Shown: positions 50,772 through 63,287, numbered from the whole stretch's first letter. The stretch: 63,287 bases of DNA, filler included, from Asterionella formosa (GCA_002256025.1; 17 parts of 17 records of this genome joined end to end with filler, not necessarily neighbours in it); one strand, 5' to 3'. Notes: generated by a model not told the origin, from the letters alone. Program-made: numbers and translations.

Positions 50772-50982
50772 ATTCTGATTAGAACGCATTTCATTTTCAT
50801 ATCTCTCGCTCGTTTCTGCATTTGGCATACTGTACTTGAATTAACTATTGAACTTGTCCGCATCTTTGATACCATCAAGAGAGCGAAAGCAAGTGGCTTT
50901 TTTCTTTGTTGTTTGCTCGTAGGAAGAATTTGATATCTGTATCGTCATTTGCTTGTTGGAATTGTCCGTTGCCTCAAACTTG
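50772..50982 (+). repeat. Dispersed ~210-bp repeat; near-identical reverse-complement copy at 56381-56592
   Basis: ATTCTGATTAGAACGCATTTC..GTCCGTTGCCTCAAAC matches the reverse complement of 56381-56592. Both copies lie at contig ends. Confidence 0.9.
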
Positions 50983-51881
50983 CTTGGCGTACTGTGCGTG
51001 CACACACTGTCGACTTGTTTTCAATGGTATGTTGTTCTTGTATTCACTGTTGAACTTGTCCGTATCTTTGTTACCATCAATAGAGCGACAAGTGGGTCTC
51101 TTCATTGTTGTTTGCTCCTGGAAAAGTCGGTGTCCGTGTCCGTGTCCCTGTCCGTGTCATCCTCATCAATAGAGAGACAAGTTCTTTCATTGGAAAAATT
51201 GGTACCGTATCATCATTCGCTCGTTCGAACCACTGTCCGTTGCCTCAAACCTGATTAGCGTTTGAGTACCGGTACCCGGTATGTGCACTCTCGACTTTAG
51301 TACATTACAGGCGGAGTGACTTCGCTACTAAATTGCGTGATATAATAATATACCCTGTAGCACGATGCAGAATACAGTTGCTTCCCAATCATCTCATTAT
51401 GATTGATAAGATGATACTGTGATATCATGATAAGGTTACATCGATGCATACATCACCAAAGTATTATACGTAATATTGAATAAAGTACATCACATAGCTA
51501 TGATACATTGATCATAAAACTATGATAATTTGTTAAAATGTATATGATATAATTTTGATCAAAATATGATCATTTAAAAATAGTACAATGACAATAAAAT
51601 ACGATAAAATATGTATGCAAGTGTTATCGATACATCACAGAATATAAATCAAGCAATCATAAAGTATGTTAATTAATATATATGTTTGTCGTTTAATATA
51701 TACAGTTAAAGTCAACAGTTAATATGATAGTATTATACAGTGGATAGGATCTAAGTATACGGATGCGTTGATATGTACATCACTATAATATGATTTGTGA
51801 CATGATGGATTGAAGCATATCACATACCGGTATCCTCAACAACCAGCCATCACGTTCATTGTCGTGTCGTCTTTCCTTGTT

Positions 51882-52074
51882 TTAGCTATACCGGTATATA
51901 TGCTCAGATCCGTTCCATTGCAAATCTTCCTTCAATAGGTCAAACTCGTCATCCTTGAGCATTTGCCTTCCAGTGGCATCGTAGGACTGAAGCGCGTCCA
52001 GAAAGATACGCTCCTTTTCGGCTACTGTGAGACGAATGAGTTCCCCACTTTCCGGATCGACGACACAGTATTCC
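51882..52074 (-). pseudogene. PGRL1: Truncated PGRL1-like (PGR5-like 1) gene fragment
   Basis: EYCVVDPESGELIRLTVAEKERIFLDALQSYDATGRQMLKDDEFDLLKEDLQWNGSE, then unrelated sequence and a stop. Confidence 0.75.
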
Positions 52075-52891
52075 NNNNNNNNNNNNNNNNNNNNNNNNNN
52101 NNNNNNNNNNNNNNNNNNTTAATTAATTAANNNNNNNNNNNNNNNNNNNNNNNNNNNNNNNNNNNNNNNNNNNNAGCCACTCAAGATATAGAAAGCAAAA
52201 TAAAACCATTCTTAAATATAGTTCTAAATCTCGATCCATTTTATCCTATTTTAGACAGTGATATCGATGAGAATTGCGATCATGCTAAGATAGATGTATG
52301 AAAAAAGTATACACATCATAGGCCCATGTTTAACTAATTATATAATGCAATGGTATTATAACTAAGATGATAGTATCATCATACTTCAAGCTTGGTAAAA
52401 GTTTACTGCATGATCATAATTATATGATACATTGATCATATTTTTGATCGAAAAACTATCATATATGTTAAAATCCTGTGCCACTTAGCGTACAATACCC
52501 TTGATCCTATATTCATGATGGTCTTCATTTGCAGACGTTCATCATGCTCAGGGTACAGTACTAGTACCCAAGGTAGCCCTTGTAATCGAAACATTCGATA
52601 AGAAATTAATATATAGCTGAGATACCGGTAATCATGCAATTCTTTTGTATTTACAAAACGCTACAGTGTAGTCCTCGTTGTGATCGGTTGGAGCATCCTC
52701 AATCATGTTGTCTCAGCCTTGATCATATTTTCCTAAATTTCACTAATCTAACCGACGCACCTGTCGCCTGCATCGTCTCGTGTAGAAAATGGGTTTTGCT
52801 TCTACAGAAGGCTTCTTTTGAGGACGTGAATTGAGGAGGCCCGCCGATTAAAAGAATTGATGTAACTATAAATAAACATAGGGAGTAGTTT

Positions 52892-53200
52892 TTAGATCTT
52901 ATTAATAAGTCGCAGTGATATTAAATTGAGGGAACCAGTAACAATCGATGACCTGTCAATTTGGATTCCCAAAACTGCGGCAAGGTCACCCTCACGAGCG
53001 AGTCTGAGGTTGAGGGACAAATTGGGAATCATGTCGTTAATAAGGGAGTTGTACCGACCAATGAGAATGGATTTATCGACGTAGGTAAGGTATGATGATA
53101 ACATGATATCAGCATGGATAATTTATTTGTTCTACAAATTGGTGCCTTTGATCTGAAGGTGTGTGGTTCCTTTTCCCGCAATTGTTTTGCGAAGCAAATG
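52892..53200 (-). mobile_element. Highly degenerate Copia RT fragment
   Basis: YLTYVDKSIL..REGDLAAVLGIQID..LINKI resembles YVDD..EGDL..FLGI..LI.KI. Confidence 0.6.
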
Positions 53201-53576
53201 TTGGGTTCGACTCCCACACTCTCCTTACCTTTGCCCCCTACAAGTAGCTTGTGCTGCAAAACTAGGTGGTCAGATTTCCCCCTAAATCAGTGGCTAATAC
53301 AATCACCTTTTGCGAAAGGTGATGGGGCACTCACCTGTGCATGCTAACGAAACTACCACCAGCAGGGAAGCACAGGTCTTGTCAGCAGGAGGTAGCACAA
53401 TGAATACTTGCCTTGAAAAAGGGGAGTATGAATGGGCTATAAAACAGATTATCATACTAAACATTTATCATACATANNNNNNNNNNNNNNNNNNNNNNNN
53501 NNNNNNNNNNNNNNNNNNNNTTAATTAATTAANNNNNNNNNNNNNNNNNNNNNNNNNNNNNNNNNNNNNNNNNNNN

Positions 53577-54614
53577 TACTTTGCGTTGATACCAGGTTTT
53601 TGGTTCTTGTATGAGCAGCGTTGGTCAAGCCACTTGCTTGCTCTATACATGGTTAGACCTCCGAAGCAAGACTTGACAGGGACTGGCTTTGCGGCAGCGC
53701 CACCTTCTTTGTAGAACCATTCCAGCAAGTCTAGTGATGTGAAATTATTGTCAATAATCATAGAAGCATCTTCCTCAGGACGAGCCTTCATTTCAGGACG
53801 ACCATTGACTGGGTAAACAAAGGTGTCGGGAAGTAAGATTGTTGCGAAGATATCATAATATCCGTATGGATTGAGCATCTTTCCGGACGAGCAAAGGACG
53901 TCCACACCGTTTAGACGGTTATTTATCCCGTTGGCATGACCAATGACTTGATCAAGAGGTGGTAGTTGATGGACATCAAAGTCTGCCAAAATGATGGTAA
54001 CCTTATCAAGATCTGGAAAATAAAAAAGTTCATCTATGGCAATTCTTTGATAGTCGCGGGCAGCTTGAATGCGATCAATGCGATTTGTCAAAGCTGTGAC
54101 GTATTCCGGTTGCGAAGAAACCTCAAAAGATGCGCAATGCTTGCCGCCAAATTCTACTTCCTTGAGTCGATCATATATTGCAACAAGAGCTGTCATATCA
54201 TCGGCTCCGAGGATATGAGCGCGTACTTGATTCACACAGGTCGCCTCCAGTAGAAACTTGAGCGAATTCATGGAGATCTCGGCTCCATGATGAATGATCC
54301 CAGCCAAAAGAACATTTTGGTTGCTAAATTGGCTTATAGCTGCTTTCGAAGCAGAAGTTCCCCGATTTGTCTGCAATAAGCTAGTCTGCGTAAGGTGCAT
54401 GAAGAGGAAGAAACAATTTAGAGAAGCTCGTATTGTCGATTCTGAAAAACTTGGAGCACCTGGTTTTTTTTCAACGAAGGACCAACAAAGGCTGTCAGCA
54501 TACCCTTCCGCTTTAACTTACCTTATCAACTATCCTTGCACGCAACGATCTTTTTTCTTGAGCCTCAGTGGTGGCAAGAAGTAGTAGGCATGAGGCAAAC
54601 GCCGCAAATTTCAT
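53577..54614 (-). CDS. Secreted CAP59/GT69-like glycosyltransferase, paralogue of 47966-49268; exon 1 54614-54522, exon 2 from 54385 to the contig end
   Basis: Exon 1 encodes MKFAAFASCLLLLATTEAQEKRSLRARIVDK. The phase-0 intron is GTAAGT..CGCAG. Exon 2 has ILADFD, GYYDIFA and VPVKSCFGGLTMYRASKWLDQRCSY, closely matching the paralogue. Confidence 0.75.
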
Positions 54615-55671
54615 GGTTTTCTCTTGTTCGCCCTTTTTTTACAGATTTTGTGAGGGTTCTAATTTTGGTGACCTTCACGTTTTGCCTAGTACGAATTATA
54701 CAGCAAAAGGTCGTTGTTCGATACTTGAAAAATGGCGATGCGCGTTTGTCGGCGAGCGGTCTTCATTTCCCAGTGTGTTATTGGTACCAGCAGGTACTGG
54801 TACCAATCCCTCACATACATAGTTAGACAGAGGTGCTCGCTAGCCAAATACGAATTCGTATATGTACCGGTAAAAATGNNNNNNNNNNNNNNNNNNNNNN
54901 NNNNNNNNNNNNNNNNNNNNNNTTAATTAATTAANNNNNNNNNNNNNNNNNNNNNNNNNNNNNNNNNNNNNNNNNNNNAAGTGCATGCCATCCAATCTTC
55001 TTTCCACCCTTCTTTTTAATGAAAGTTGACGAATTCACTGACTCCAGTCTCCTAGCTCTAAACATGACGTCCAATGAACTATCAAGGTCCTCATTCACGG
55101 TTTCTTCGGCATGACCTTGTAGGAAATGACGAAGTAAAATACGGTGAGTGTGGTCACGATGCTGATCAAGCAGTACTCGAAGTCTTCATTTAACCACAAC
55201 ACGATATGTGTTCTCAGCCAGGAAGTGGGACTGGAAGAATGGGGATCATTTTCCCAAGTCGGGATGCACTTAGGCTGTTCGAGATCACCATTGTTGCTCG
55301 TCGGTTAGTTATTTTGCATGATGGTATGTCACAGAATTTACAACATGACAGATATCACTGCTATTACGGTAGTACTACTAAGGGATCAGCATACAATATA
55401 ACCATATGGGAATCAAGAAGAAATTGATTCAGTATTCTAAAATTGGTATTGTGGTCTGGTGATGGACCTGCACCCACATATATACAATATTATAAATTTA
55501 TGATTATGTAAGTTGGATAGTACTACTAGCTATCTGGTAGTTTTCATAGGGCGGGATGGGGCAAATGCATTGACTCAATGCATTGAGTTATATTTTATAC
55601 TTACCGATATAATATATTCTTTGCCTACAAACAAAGAATTGGTATTCAATTTTGAAGTACCGGTAGGACAA

Positions 55672-56152
55672 CTAATTATTAATACTATTCTGCTCTTCTG
55701 AAGCAAGAGTTGCGGCTAACGCGTCGTACCTTACTTCTGTACACTCAAGTTGTGCGGGATACAGATGATCACGAAAATAATCGAGAAGAATGCTGGACGA
55801 TTCGTGATTTAGACCACAAGCAACGATTTGTGCGGCAATCTGATCAATCTTGCTCTTAATCCAGACCTCATCCTCCAAAAGGGATTCGAAGTATTCAGGT
55901 AAAGGAGAAGTATTGTCCCAAGGAACGATTTTCTTGATTTCGGAAGGCTTCCGGGCATGGTCGAGAACTGATTTATTGGAGACCCTGTCGTACACATTGA
56001 CCAACGCTTTGGCCTTCGTGTAGCATACAAACTGGCCAATTTCGCCAGAATAATTACCCTTCAATACGGAAACAAGATCACTCGTCTCCAGAGAAAGGTC
56101 TTCATCTTCATTCCGAGCAGACAACGCGTTGGGGGTTAGGGAGGCACTCATG
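55672..56152 (-). CDS. Hypothetical protein with a KOW-like motif
   Basis: DLVSVLKGNYSGEIGQFV in a ~160-aa ORF. Confidence 0.35.
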
Positions 56153-57094
56153 ATTGAATAAGGTGCACGAATCCAGAAGAAATTACAGTCTACCAATTTA
56201 ATGTGAGGATTGACGTTATAACGTTCATACATATAGCTAGCTAATATATATATTAAAAGAAATAACTAGTACTGCTGTGTNNNNNNNNNNNNNNNNNNNN
56301 NNNNNNNNNNNNNNNNNNNNNNNNTTAATTAATTAANNNNNNNNNNNNNNNNNNNNNNNNNNNNNNNNNNNNNNNNNNNNGTTTGAGGCAACGGACAATT
56401 CCAACAAGCAAATGACGATACAGATATCAAATTCTTCCTACGAGCAAACAACAATGAAAAGAGCCACTTGCTTTCGCTCTCTTGCTTGATGGTATCAAAG
56501 ATGCGGACAAGTTCAATAGTTAATTCAAGTACAGTATACCAAATGCAGAAACGAGCGAGCGATATGAAAATGAAATGCGTTCTAATCAGAATCATTCTAT
56601 AACTATAGCTATGTGGACAGTAGTCTGTTACGCTCATTTTCGTATCTCCGTCTATCCTGAATCGAAATAGTAGATGTAGTATCATGTGAGAATTGAAAAT
56701 TTCAACGAGAACAAGTACCGGTAGAATGTGTCTGTTTACGGGTTGATTGGCGAGATTGTCATGCTGAAGTGGACGAAACGGATATACTTTGTGCGCAAAA
56801 TCGGAAGTTGGTAGGGTTTATAATGTCGTTTATTTCTCTGTTCTGAATGATTGGACCATTAATAGCAGCAGCATCATGATCTACTAAACTATCAAGGAAT
56901 AAACCATTATCATAGTCATGTAAAAAAATTGGGTTGCCTACCACTGGCTAGTAGTACATTTACCTAATTCGTAGCAAATTGTTTAAGCCCCTTTTTTGGT
57001 CGGGAGCTCTTCATGTGTACCGGTACATCATACCGGTATGACAATAACAATATATCATATATATATACAGAGTACCAATAGCAGGTAGTAAGTG

Positions 57095-57520
57095 ATATAC
57101 TGGGGGTAGTCGGAGTAGTAAACTAGCAACAGAACACCATATGTTCAGGACTGTTGCTACTGCAGTGGGACAGTAAATCATCATATTTTTAGGATCGTAC
57201 GATCGTAAAAAACACCAAAAAACATGACTGTTGTAATTACATTGGGACAGTAAATCATCATAGTTTTAGGATCGTATGATCGTAAAACTAGAAACAAATA
57301 GAAAACCATATGTTCATGACTGTTCCAATTACAGTTGGACAGTAAATCATCATAGTTTTAGGATTGTATGATCGTGAAACTGAAAAGAGGTACCGGTAGT
57401 CGGAGTAATAAGCAAGCAATAGAACACCATAGTAAATCATCATAGTTTTAGGATTGTATAAATAGAACACCAAATACATATGTCTATGACTGCTGCTACT
57501 ACAGCGGGACAGTACCGGTA
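57095..57520. repeat. Irregular tandem array (~80-95-bp spacing, 4-5 copies)
   Basis: GGACAGTAAATCATCATAkTTTTAGGATyGTA at ~57167, ~57245 and ~57337, with a partial copy at ~57431. ATGACTG..ACA linkers are shuffled between copies. Confidence 0.85.
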
Positions 57521-57853
57521 AATGAATTTAAGATCATCGAACTTTAAGGAAGACAACGACAACAGCTGGTCGTGTTGCTGGTCCACTTTTAATGGCCGAA
57601 GAAGGAAGCGACGAAAAGATCACCATTACGTGCGGAACGAGAGAAATCGCTTACGACGCCAAGTCTGGACGATTCTTTGAGANNNNNNNNNNNNNNNNNN
57701 NNNNNNNNNNNNNNNNNNNNNNNNNNTTAATTAATTAANNNNNNNNNNNNNNNNNNNNNNNNNNNNNNNNNNNNNNNNNNNNGAAAGGGTCAATCTCTGA
57801 CAAAGTATCCAAAGAAGAAATGAAAGTGGATCGGGGCCCCCCCGACCCCCAAG

Positions 57854-59084
57854 TCAAAATTGAGTTGCACAAATTCCAAATCCATCATTGACACCAGCAA
57901 GGTTTGCACTTATAACAGGTGCTTCAATGGCAGGAGCAGGTGTGGGGGCAGCAGGAGAAGCAGGAACAACCGCATTTGGAGGTTTTCCATGAGTAGATCC
58001 AAGGTGTGTTGAGGTCCAAAGTCCCAGGCCTTTGCGACACTTGTTACAGAAATTGAATGTTTTATCACCAACAACTTTGACAGTTGGGTCTCCAGGCTTG
58101 GGTGCTACTTCACGCCAGTTGTGCTTCTTAGGATCTGTGGGCTTGGGAGGAGGAACAGGCACATCACCACAAGGTTTAGCAGTAATGGCTGCTTGAACAA
58201 GCGCATTGAATGATGCTTGGTCCATTCCAGCATAAAACAGGGAAGGGGCCTGCTGCATATCCTTTACAGTGCTGGCAGGGGACCAATCACCATTGTCCAA
58301 GAGAGAGCGGTAGGCTTCTTCAGCAAGATCAAGGATAGCTGTGTAGTGAAAACCCTTTCTGACCATGAACCTTTTGGCTGAATCTTTGGATAGGTAGGCT
58401 GAGTCTGAGAGAGCAGAGTCAAGGTCAAGACGCTTGGGATGCCAAATGGCACGAAAACTCTCAACTGAAACCTGACAGAGTGCCTTAATGATTGCCAACA
58501 CTAACACCCATTCAAACTGATGGGCATTTTCAAGTTCACGGCAAATTCTGCGGATCTTGTTGGCATAAAGTGAGACACTTTCACCAGGTTCCTTAATTGG
58601 AGACAGTTGCTTGAGTTCATCTTTCTTTCGGTTGAATCGCTCAACAGATCCACTGCTAACCAGGCGAAGGATGCGCATCCAGGTAACGGCAGCAGAGTCA
58701 CCTGGTTCCTGACGGAGGTCAAGTTCCTTGAGGAGTGAGGGATCAAGTGTGGATTCAAGATACAAGCGAGCAGTTGTGTCATTGTCCTGGTCATATGAAT
58801 CAAATTTGTTCTTGTAGTACTCAGATTCGTCAAGGACATGGGAAAGGGTGACCTGCTCAAAGTCCTTGATGACATTGACCATATTGGTGCCATCACTGAG
58901 ACTCTTGACATACATGATGGAGTCCATACCTGTGAGTTCAAGATGTGCCAAAACCTTAACACCATAGGAGTATAGGTCTAGGTCCTTGCCATCCTTTTTA
59001 AACAGAATGAGAGGTGGAGCTGTGCGGTAGTTCCAGTTCCTTGACTGATCACTGGACTTAGTTGGACGAGAGCAGTTGGGAGAA
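57854..59084 (-). mobile_element. Diatom Copia-type gag ORF (5'-truncated, ends in a stop)
   Basis: HLELTGMDSIMY..FDSYDQDND..YRSLLDNGDWSPA..WREVAPKPGDP..FNFCNKC..WTSTH..H (C-x2-C..H..H finger). Confidence 0.7.
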
Positions 59085-61091
59085 NNNNNNNNNNNNNNNN
59101 NNNNNNNNNNNNNNNNNNNNNNNNNNNNTTAATTAATTAANNNNNNNNNNNNNNNNNNNNNNNNNNNNNNNNNNNNNNNNNNNNACAAGCGTAAAACACA
59201 CGAGAATGATTGTAACATGCAACATCAACGAAAATTGAACATGACGTTTGGAGCAACCAAAGTATGAAATGCGATGTAATAAGTAGCATCAAATGAGAAA
59301 TAGAAAAAATTGTTTTGGGTTAGAAATGAAATAAAAAATAAGAGTTCCAATGGAGACTTATGCATTGTGAATCATTGTAGTACTTACACACCAGGCAACA
59401 TTGACTTTCCATCACCACCACACAATCGAAGACCAAAATAAGAAGGGAAAAGCTGAACCCAATCTTGACCTACATCGTTATGTAGCGTAAATGGTCTGGT
59501 TTCTGCAACCATGCGCATCGCTGTAGTAGCCTGACACCAGTAGCAGTATTTCCGCCGCCACAGTCATTCCTCTCCGCCGCCCACCAAACAAGCAACCCTG
59601 ATCATTCCATTCTGAGCAAGCGTGATCGCCACGCTGCTCCCCCAGCACTATTGACTCTCTCTAGCTGAGTATTCATGTAGCTTCTGATACAAACTCGTAT
59701 TAGAAATGTAGAAAAGCGCATTAGTACAAGAAAAGCATTGTTGCTTGGCGGAAATATTGACATCATTGTCAACGACTATACAAATCAACAAATATGATCA
59801 ACAACGGCACAATACCACATCTTCAATGAGTAGTCATTGATAAATGCATTGGTTCTTATGTAGGTATGTACAATCGAATCAAAACAACAGTGCGGAAGGA
59901 CAAACAACGATGGAAGCGATCAAAAGAAACCACAGAAGCAATCAAATCGGAAAGTTGCCCCAATAAATACGATCTACAATCCACATTCAGTATTTCACTG
60001 TTGTACTCACCGATCCGCTTCAACTAGCATAACAAGCAGCAGACGATGGGATAAAAAAAAGACGAACGTTGCCTATTGCAAGCCCGAATAGAGCAAAGGC
60101 AGGCAAGATAGAGTGAGAACTATATTTGTGAGGACGAAATCGGGCATATGTTATGTAAAATCAATTAATATGTGAACGATATAATTCAACATTTCAGGTC
60201 TCGTAAAAATAATACCGATTCTACAGAGATAATATTATTACGTGTTCAAAGTAAGCGTTAAAGCATAGCTTAAACCATGCATGGTTGTTTTTAGTACCAC
60301 GTATGTATGTAGACTAGATGACTGCCGGTACCGGTAGAATATCCATTAAGCATCATTACAAACATGACCGGAGCAAAAACTTGCCACCAACATCAGATGT
60401 ATCGATATCATCGTTCATCCGACGAAATATGGACGATGCGACTACATGAATGCCTCGAGAAGACAAGCAATCCAACAATCAACCGCATNNNNNNNNNNNN
60501 NNNNNNNNNNNNNNNNNNNNNNNNNNNNNNNNTTAATTAATTAANNNNNNNNNNNNNNNNNNNNNNNNNNNNNNNNNNNNNNNNNNNNATGGCTGTCGTT
60601 CGATTTTCGCAACACTTGGTACCCGGTAGCAGGGTACCGGTACCCTGGTACATCATTCCCACGGGTCTCACACATATTACCTGGTACCGGTACGGTACCT
60701 GGTGGACCAGCTATTTGGAACGGAGTACCGGTAACTGGTACCAGGTACCCTGATACCTACCTGTAGAACCAGCAGTATACCGGTACTGGTACTTACTATG
60801 TATTGGCCGAACAATATATACCGGTACCTGGTACCTGGTACCAGCACCTGAAACCGCTACATATGTGCAGATGACGACAAATGATTCACAGGATCAAACA
60901 AACAAGCGGTTTGTTCAAGCGTCCTCTTTTCTTGATAGTACAATTTTTGGGGAGACAAAACTCACCATTTTTCTGCCCTGATTAAGCTGCTGGGTTGGCT
61001 GACCGGGGAAGGACGGTTTTACCTACAGGTACGCAACCGGTATTCCGGTACCAGGTACAAGGTGAAGTATCTAACTAGAAGTAGTACTATT

Positions 61092-61888
61092 TGTTGAATA
61101 TATGAGCTTATTTGTTAATCCTTGTGTGTAACTCGTTCTCCAAGTCGACACCAAAGTATACAATGAGGGTTAGTCGAGTTCTCTCATTATTGAGTTCTTA
61201 TACATACATGATATAACACTAACCCTATATACATCTGTATTGATGCGCAAGATCGCTCACTCTCCCACACCAAGGGAAAACCTTTTACCTTTGAAAAGGT
61301 TTGATGTAATGGATATTAATTCAGTCCGTAGTATGCATAGTTTGTTGAAAAGTAACTGGACCATTGGCATATACTTGAATAAATAGAATAAGGACCTCGT
61401 CCATGGTTATCCAAGGTAGTAGGATTATCCGATAGGATTAAAACCTCATCAACAACCTTGTAATCGCAAGAACGACGACGGAAAGTATCACGACGTAGTC
61501 ATTTGTCAATTATCACTTATCGACATTGATATCCCAATATCAATTACATATCTATAATCAAATCATGTTGTAAAACCCATGTTCCTGGTGAAAATACACA
61601 ATGTACTATAAATAGTAGCTCGAGCTGCATATGATGCAGCAAACTGGTATCCACAATATTCTGAACTTGAAATTCCTTGATTGGAGGATGAGCCTTTAAC
61701 ATGACTTGTACATAGGCTTTTAATGTGTATGAAAGGAATACCAGTAAATTGACCTCCATTGTCATGTATACAACCTTCTGGATGGAGATATCCGTCCAAC
61801 CAATCATTTTTTAAATTTCATCGCAATATATTCTGATGTCTTATTATTGATATGTGAAATTTCTGGTAAATTGGTGACTGTGTTAACT
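61092..61888 (-). mobile_element. Degenerate Gypsy 3' end: integrase remnant, PPT and ~168-bp 3' LTR (61259-61092)
   Basis: VNTVTNLPEISHINNKTSEYIA, WLDGYLHPEGCIHDNGGQFTG, SPGTWVLQHD and IQVYANGPVTFQ appear in shifting frames, followed by GGGAGAG|TGAGC..TATTCAACA. Confidence 0.75.
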
Positions 61889-62523
61889 NNNNNNNNNNNN
61901 NNNNNNNNNNNNNNNNNNNNNNNNNNNNNNNNTTAATTAATTAANNNNNNNNNNNNNNNNNNNNNNNNNNNNNNNNNNNNNNNNNNNNTAGGATTTGGTC
62001 GATGCGGTGGGAAAAAATATGAAAAATTCGACTATTGATAAAATATTTCTCAACCAAGTGACGTGTATTGATATTTTCAACTGCAATTGGCTTTGGTATT
62101 TGGTCGATGCGGTGGCGATGCTCTTAGGATTTCCCAAAAACCGATGGCATCGTTTTTGCGTCAGTTGACCAAAACCAAAACAAATCCAAAAATAAGTTTT
62201 TGGGTTTTGGTTTGGGTCAACCGGTTATTAGCAGCGGCCTTAATCGATGGTCCCTGAATCAAACCTGAAATTGGTCTTCCGAAAAATCCACTATGGCCCA
62301 TTATTGCGCCTAAATAAAACCTACTTAAACATTCCAAAAATTACTTATACAACCACAGTTCTCATCGGAAAGCAATGCAATATGTATGTCGGGTAGGGAT
62401 CGCTACGAGAATTTCGACGGTATCCTAAACGTTAAAGAGATTTCACAAGGAGAGAAGGACTAAAAGTTAGTAAAGGTCGAGTTGACAGATGCTAAAGAAA
62501 ACGCACAAGGCGTAATCGAAATT

Positions 62524-62646
62524 GAAATAGACAGTATTTATATAGCAGAATAGTATGCAAACGAGCGGCGCCGCGAGAAAGATCTTGACCGGTCATTCCA
62601 GTGCAGGGCTGGAGTGCGCTAGGAAGAAGAACGATAAATTTCAACA
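62524..62646 (+). repeat. Second copy of the LTR-like core seen at 47105-47224
   Basis: Shared GAGAAAGATCTTGACCGGTCATTCCAG and TTTCAACA end. Confidence 0.7.
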
Positions 62647-63287
62647 GCACGTATGATAAATGTTTTCAAAAAAAAATAGACTCGAACATAAAAAGAAGAT
62701 TAAAAGACCGGTGTATGTGTTGCAATCACACTTCGGTGTTACTGACAGCAGTTGATTTCACTCCACCTTTTCAACCTTTCACATATTCACCATGTCTTGC
62801 AAAGGCTGCTGGTAAGTTGGAGCTGGATTGTCTTTCGCGCTTCGAAGCAACATTGTTCATCGACCCCGAAGACGTCAAGGAGATATCAATGTGACTTTTG
62901 GGCTCAGGTTTTCCTGCCACTCACACTGCGGCACACTTCCTTTTCCAGCAAATTCCCTCATGGGAAATCACATACCCTTATCGCCCTTATCTTCAGCATC
63001 GCTGCATATGGCTGTGCTGTGAATACAGCCTATGACTGCCATTTGGTTTCTGGAGACACAGCACAAGCCTTGGATGGTATCTTTCGTTATCCAACTCAAG
63101 GTCAAACCTTTGGACTTGGCCTCTTTAGGTTTGATGAAACTTTTCAGAATGACGATTGTGTCAGGTGGACTCAAAACCACGCGTACGACAACTTATTGGA
63201 TAACAAATGGAAGGCGTCTGCGTGGATGGCGGTTTGTGCAAACGTCTGCCTCAGAATTTCCATGATTTCCATCATTTGCATGACGTG

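Noticed and set aside
57095..57520. CRISPR-like repeat-spacer array
   Set aside because: The 'spacers' resemble each other, the repeats are degenerate, there are no cas genes, and the context is eukaryotic.
59185..60488. Possible spliced minus-strand gene (GTAAGT/GTGAGT donors at ~59386 and ~60010)
   Set aside because: I could not assemble a stop-free reading frame.
42252..61988. Regularly spaced TTAATTAATTAA repeats resembling an array or CRISPR
   Set aside because: They are embedded in N runs and are a six-frame-stop artificial linker.
62760..63287. Coding-like remnant at the window end
   Set aside because: Interrupted frames and no motif I can identify.

Overview
Eukaryotic nuclear DNA, most likely from a diatom (stramenopile). 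The basis is short GT-AG introns, a signal peptide plus 'AF' plastid-type presequence, RXL motifs in secreted proteins, and Copia/Crypton/Harbinger relics of stramenopile type. The window is not contiguous. It is 17 contigs (two of about 21 kb, then fifteen of about 1.3 kb) joined by 16 artificial 100-bp N44-TTAATTAATTAA-N44 linkers, so neighbourhood across linkers means nothing. Intact or near-intact genes: a 3-exon ~2355-aa mucin-like membrane protein, a probably plastid-targeted TrmK, mitoribosomal mS33/Rsm27, an FG-GAP-like beta-propeller membrane protein, a 3-exon AP2 transcription factor and a small secreted Pro/Trp-repeat protein. Disrupted or partial genes: a frameshifted SGNH-type protein, a PGRL1 fragment, and two paralogous CAP59/GT69-like glycosyltransferases, one fused to a sulfotransferase. 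Mobile DNA: a decayed Crypton-type tyrosine-recombinase element, Harbinger pieces, Copia and Gypsy fragments, a TA-flanked MITE, solo-LTR candidates, and a tRNA-Ala-headed SINE candidate with a 16-bp target-site duplication. The most interesting items are the RXL-punctuated glycosyltransferase-sulfotransferase polyprotein and the SINE candidate. All family calls come from reading motifs by eye; no searches were run.
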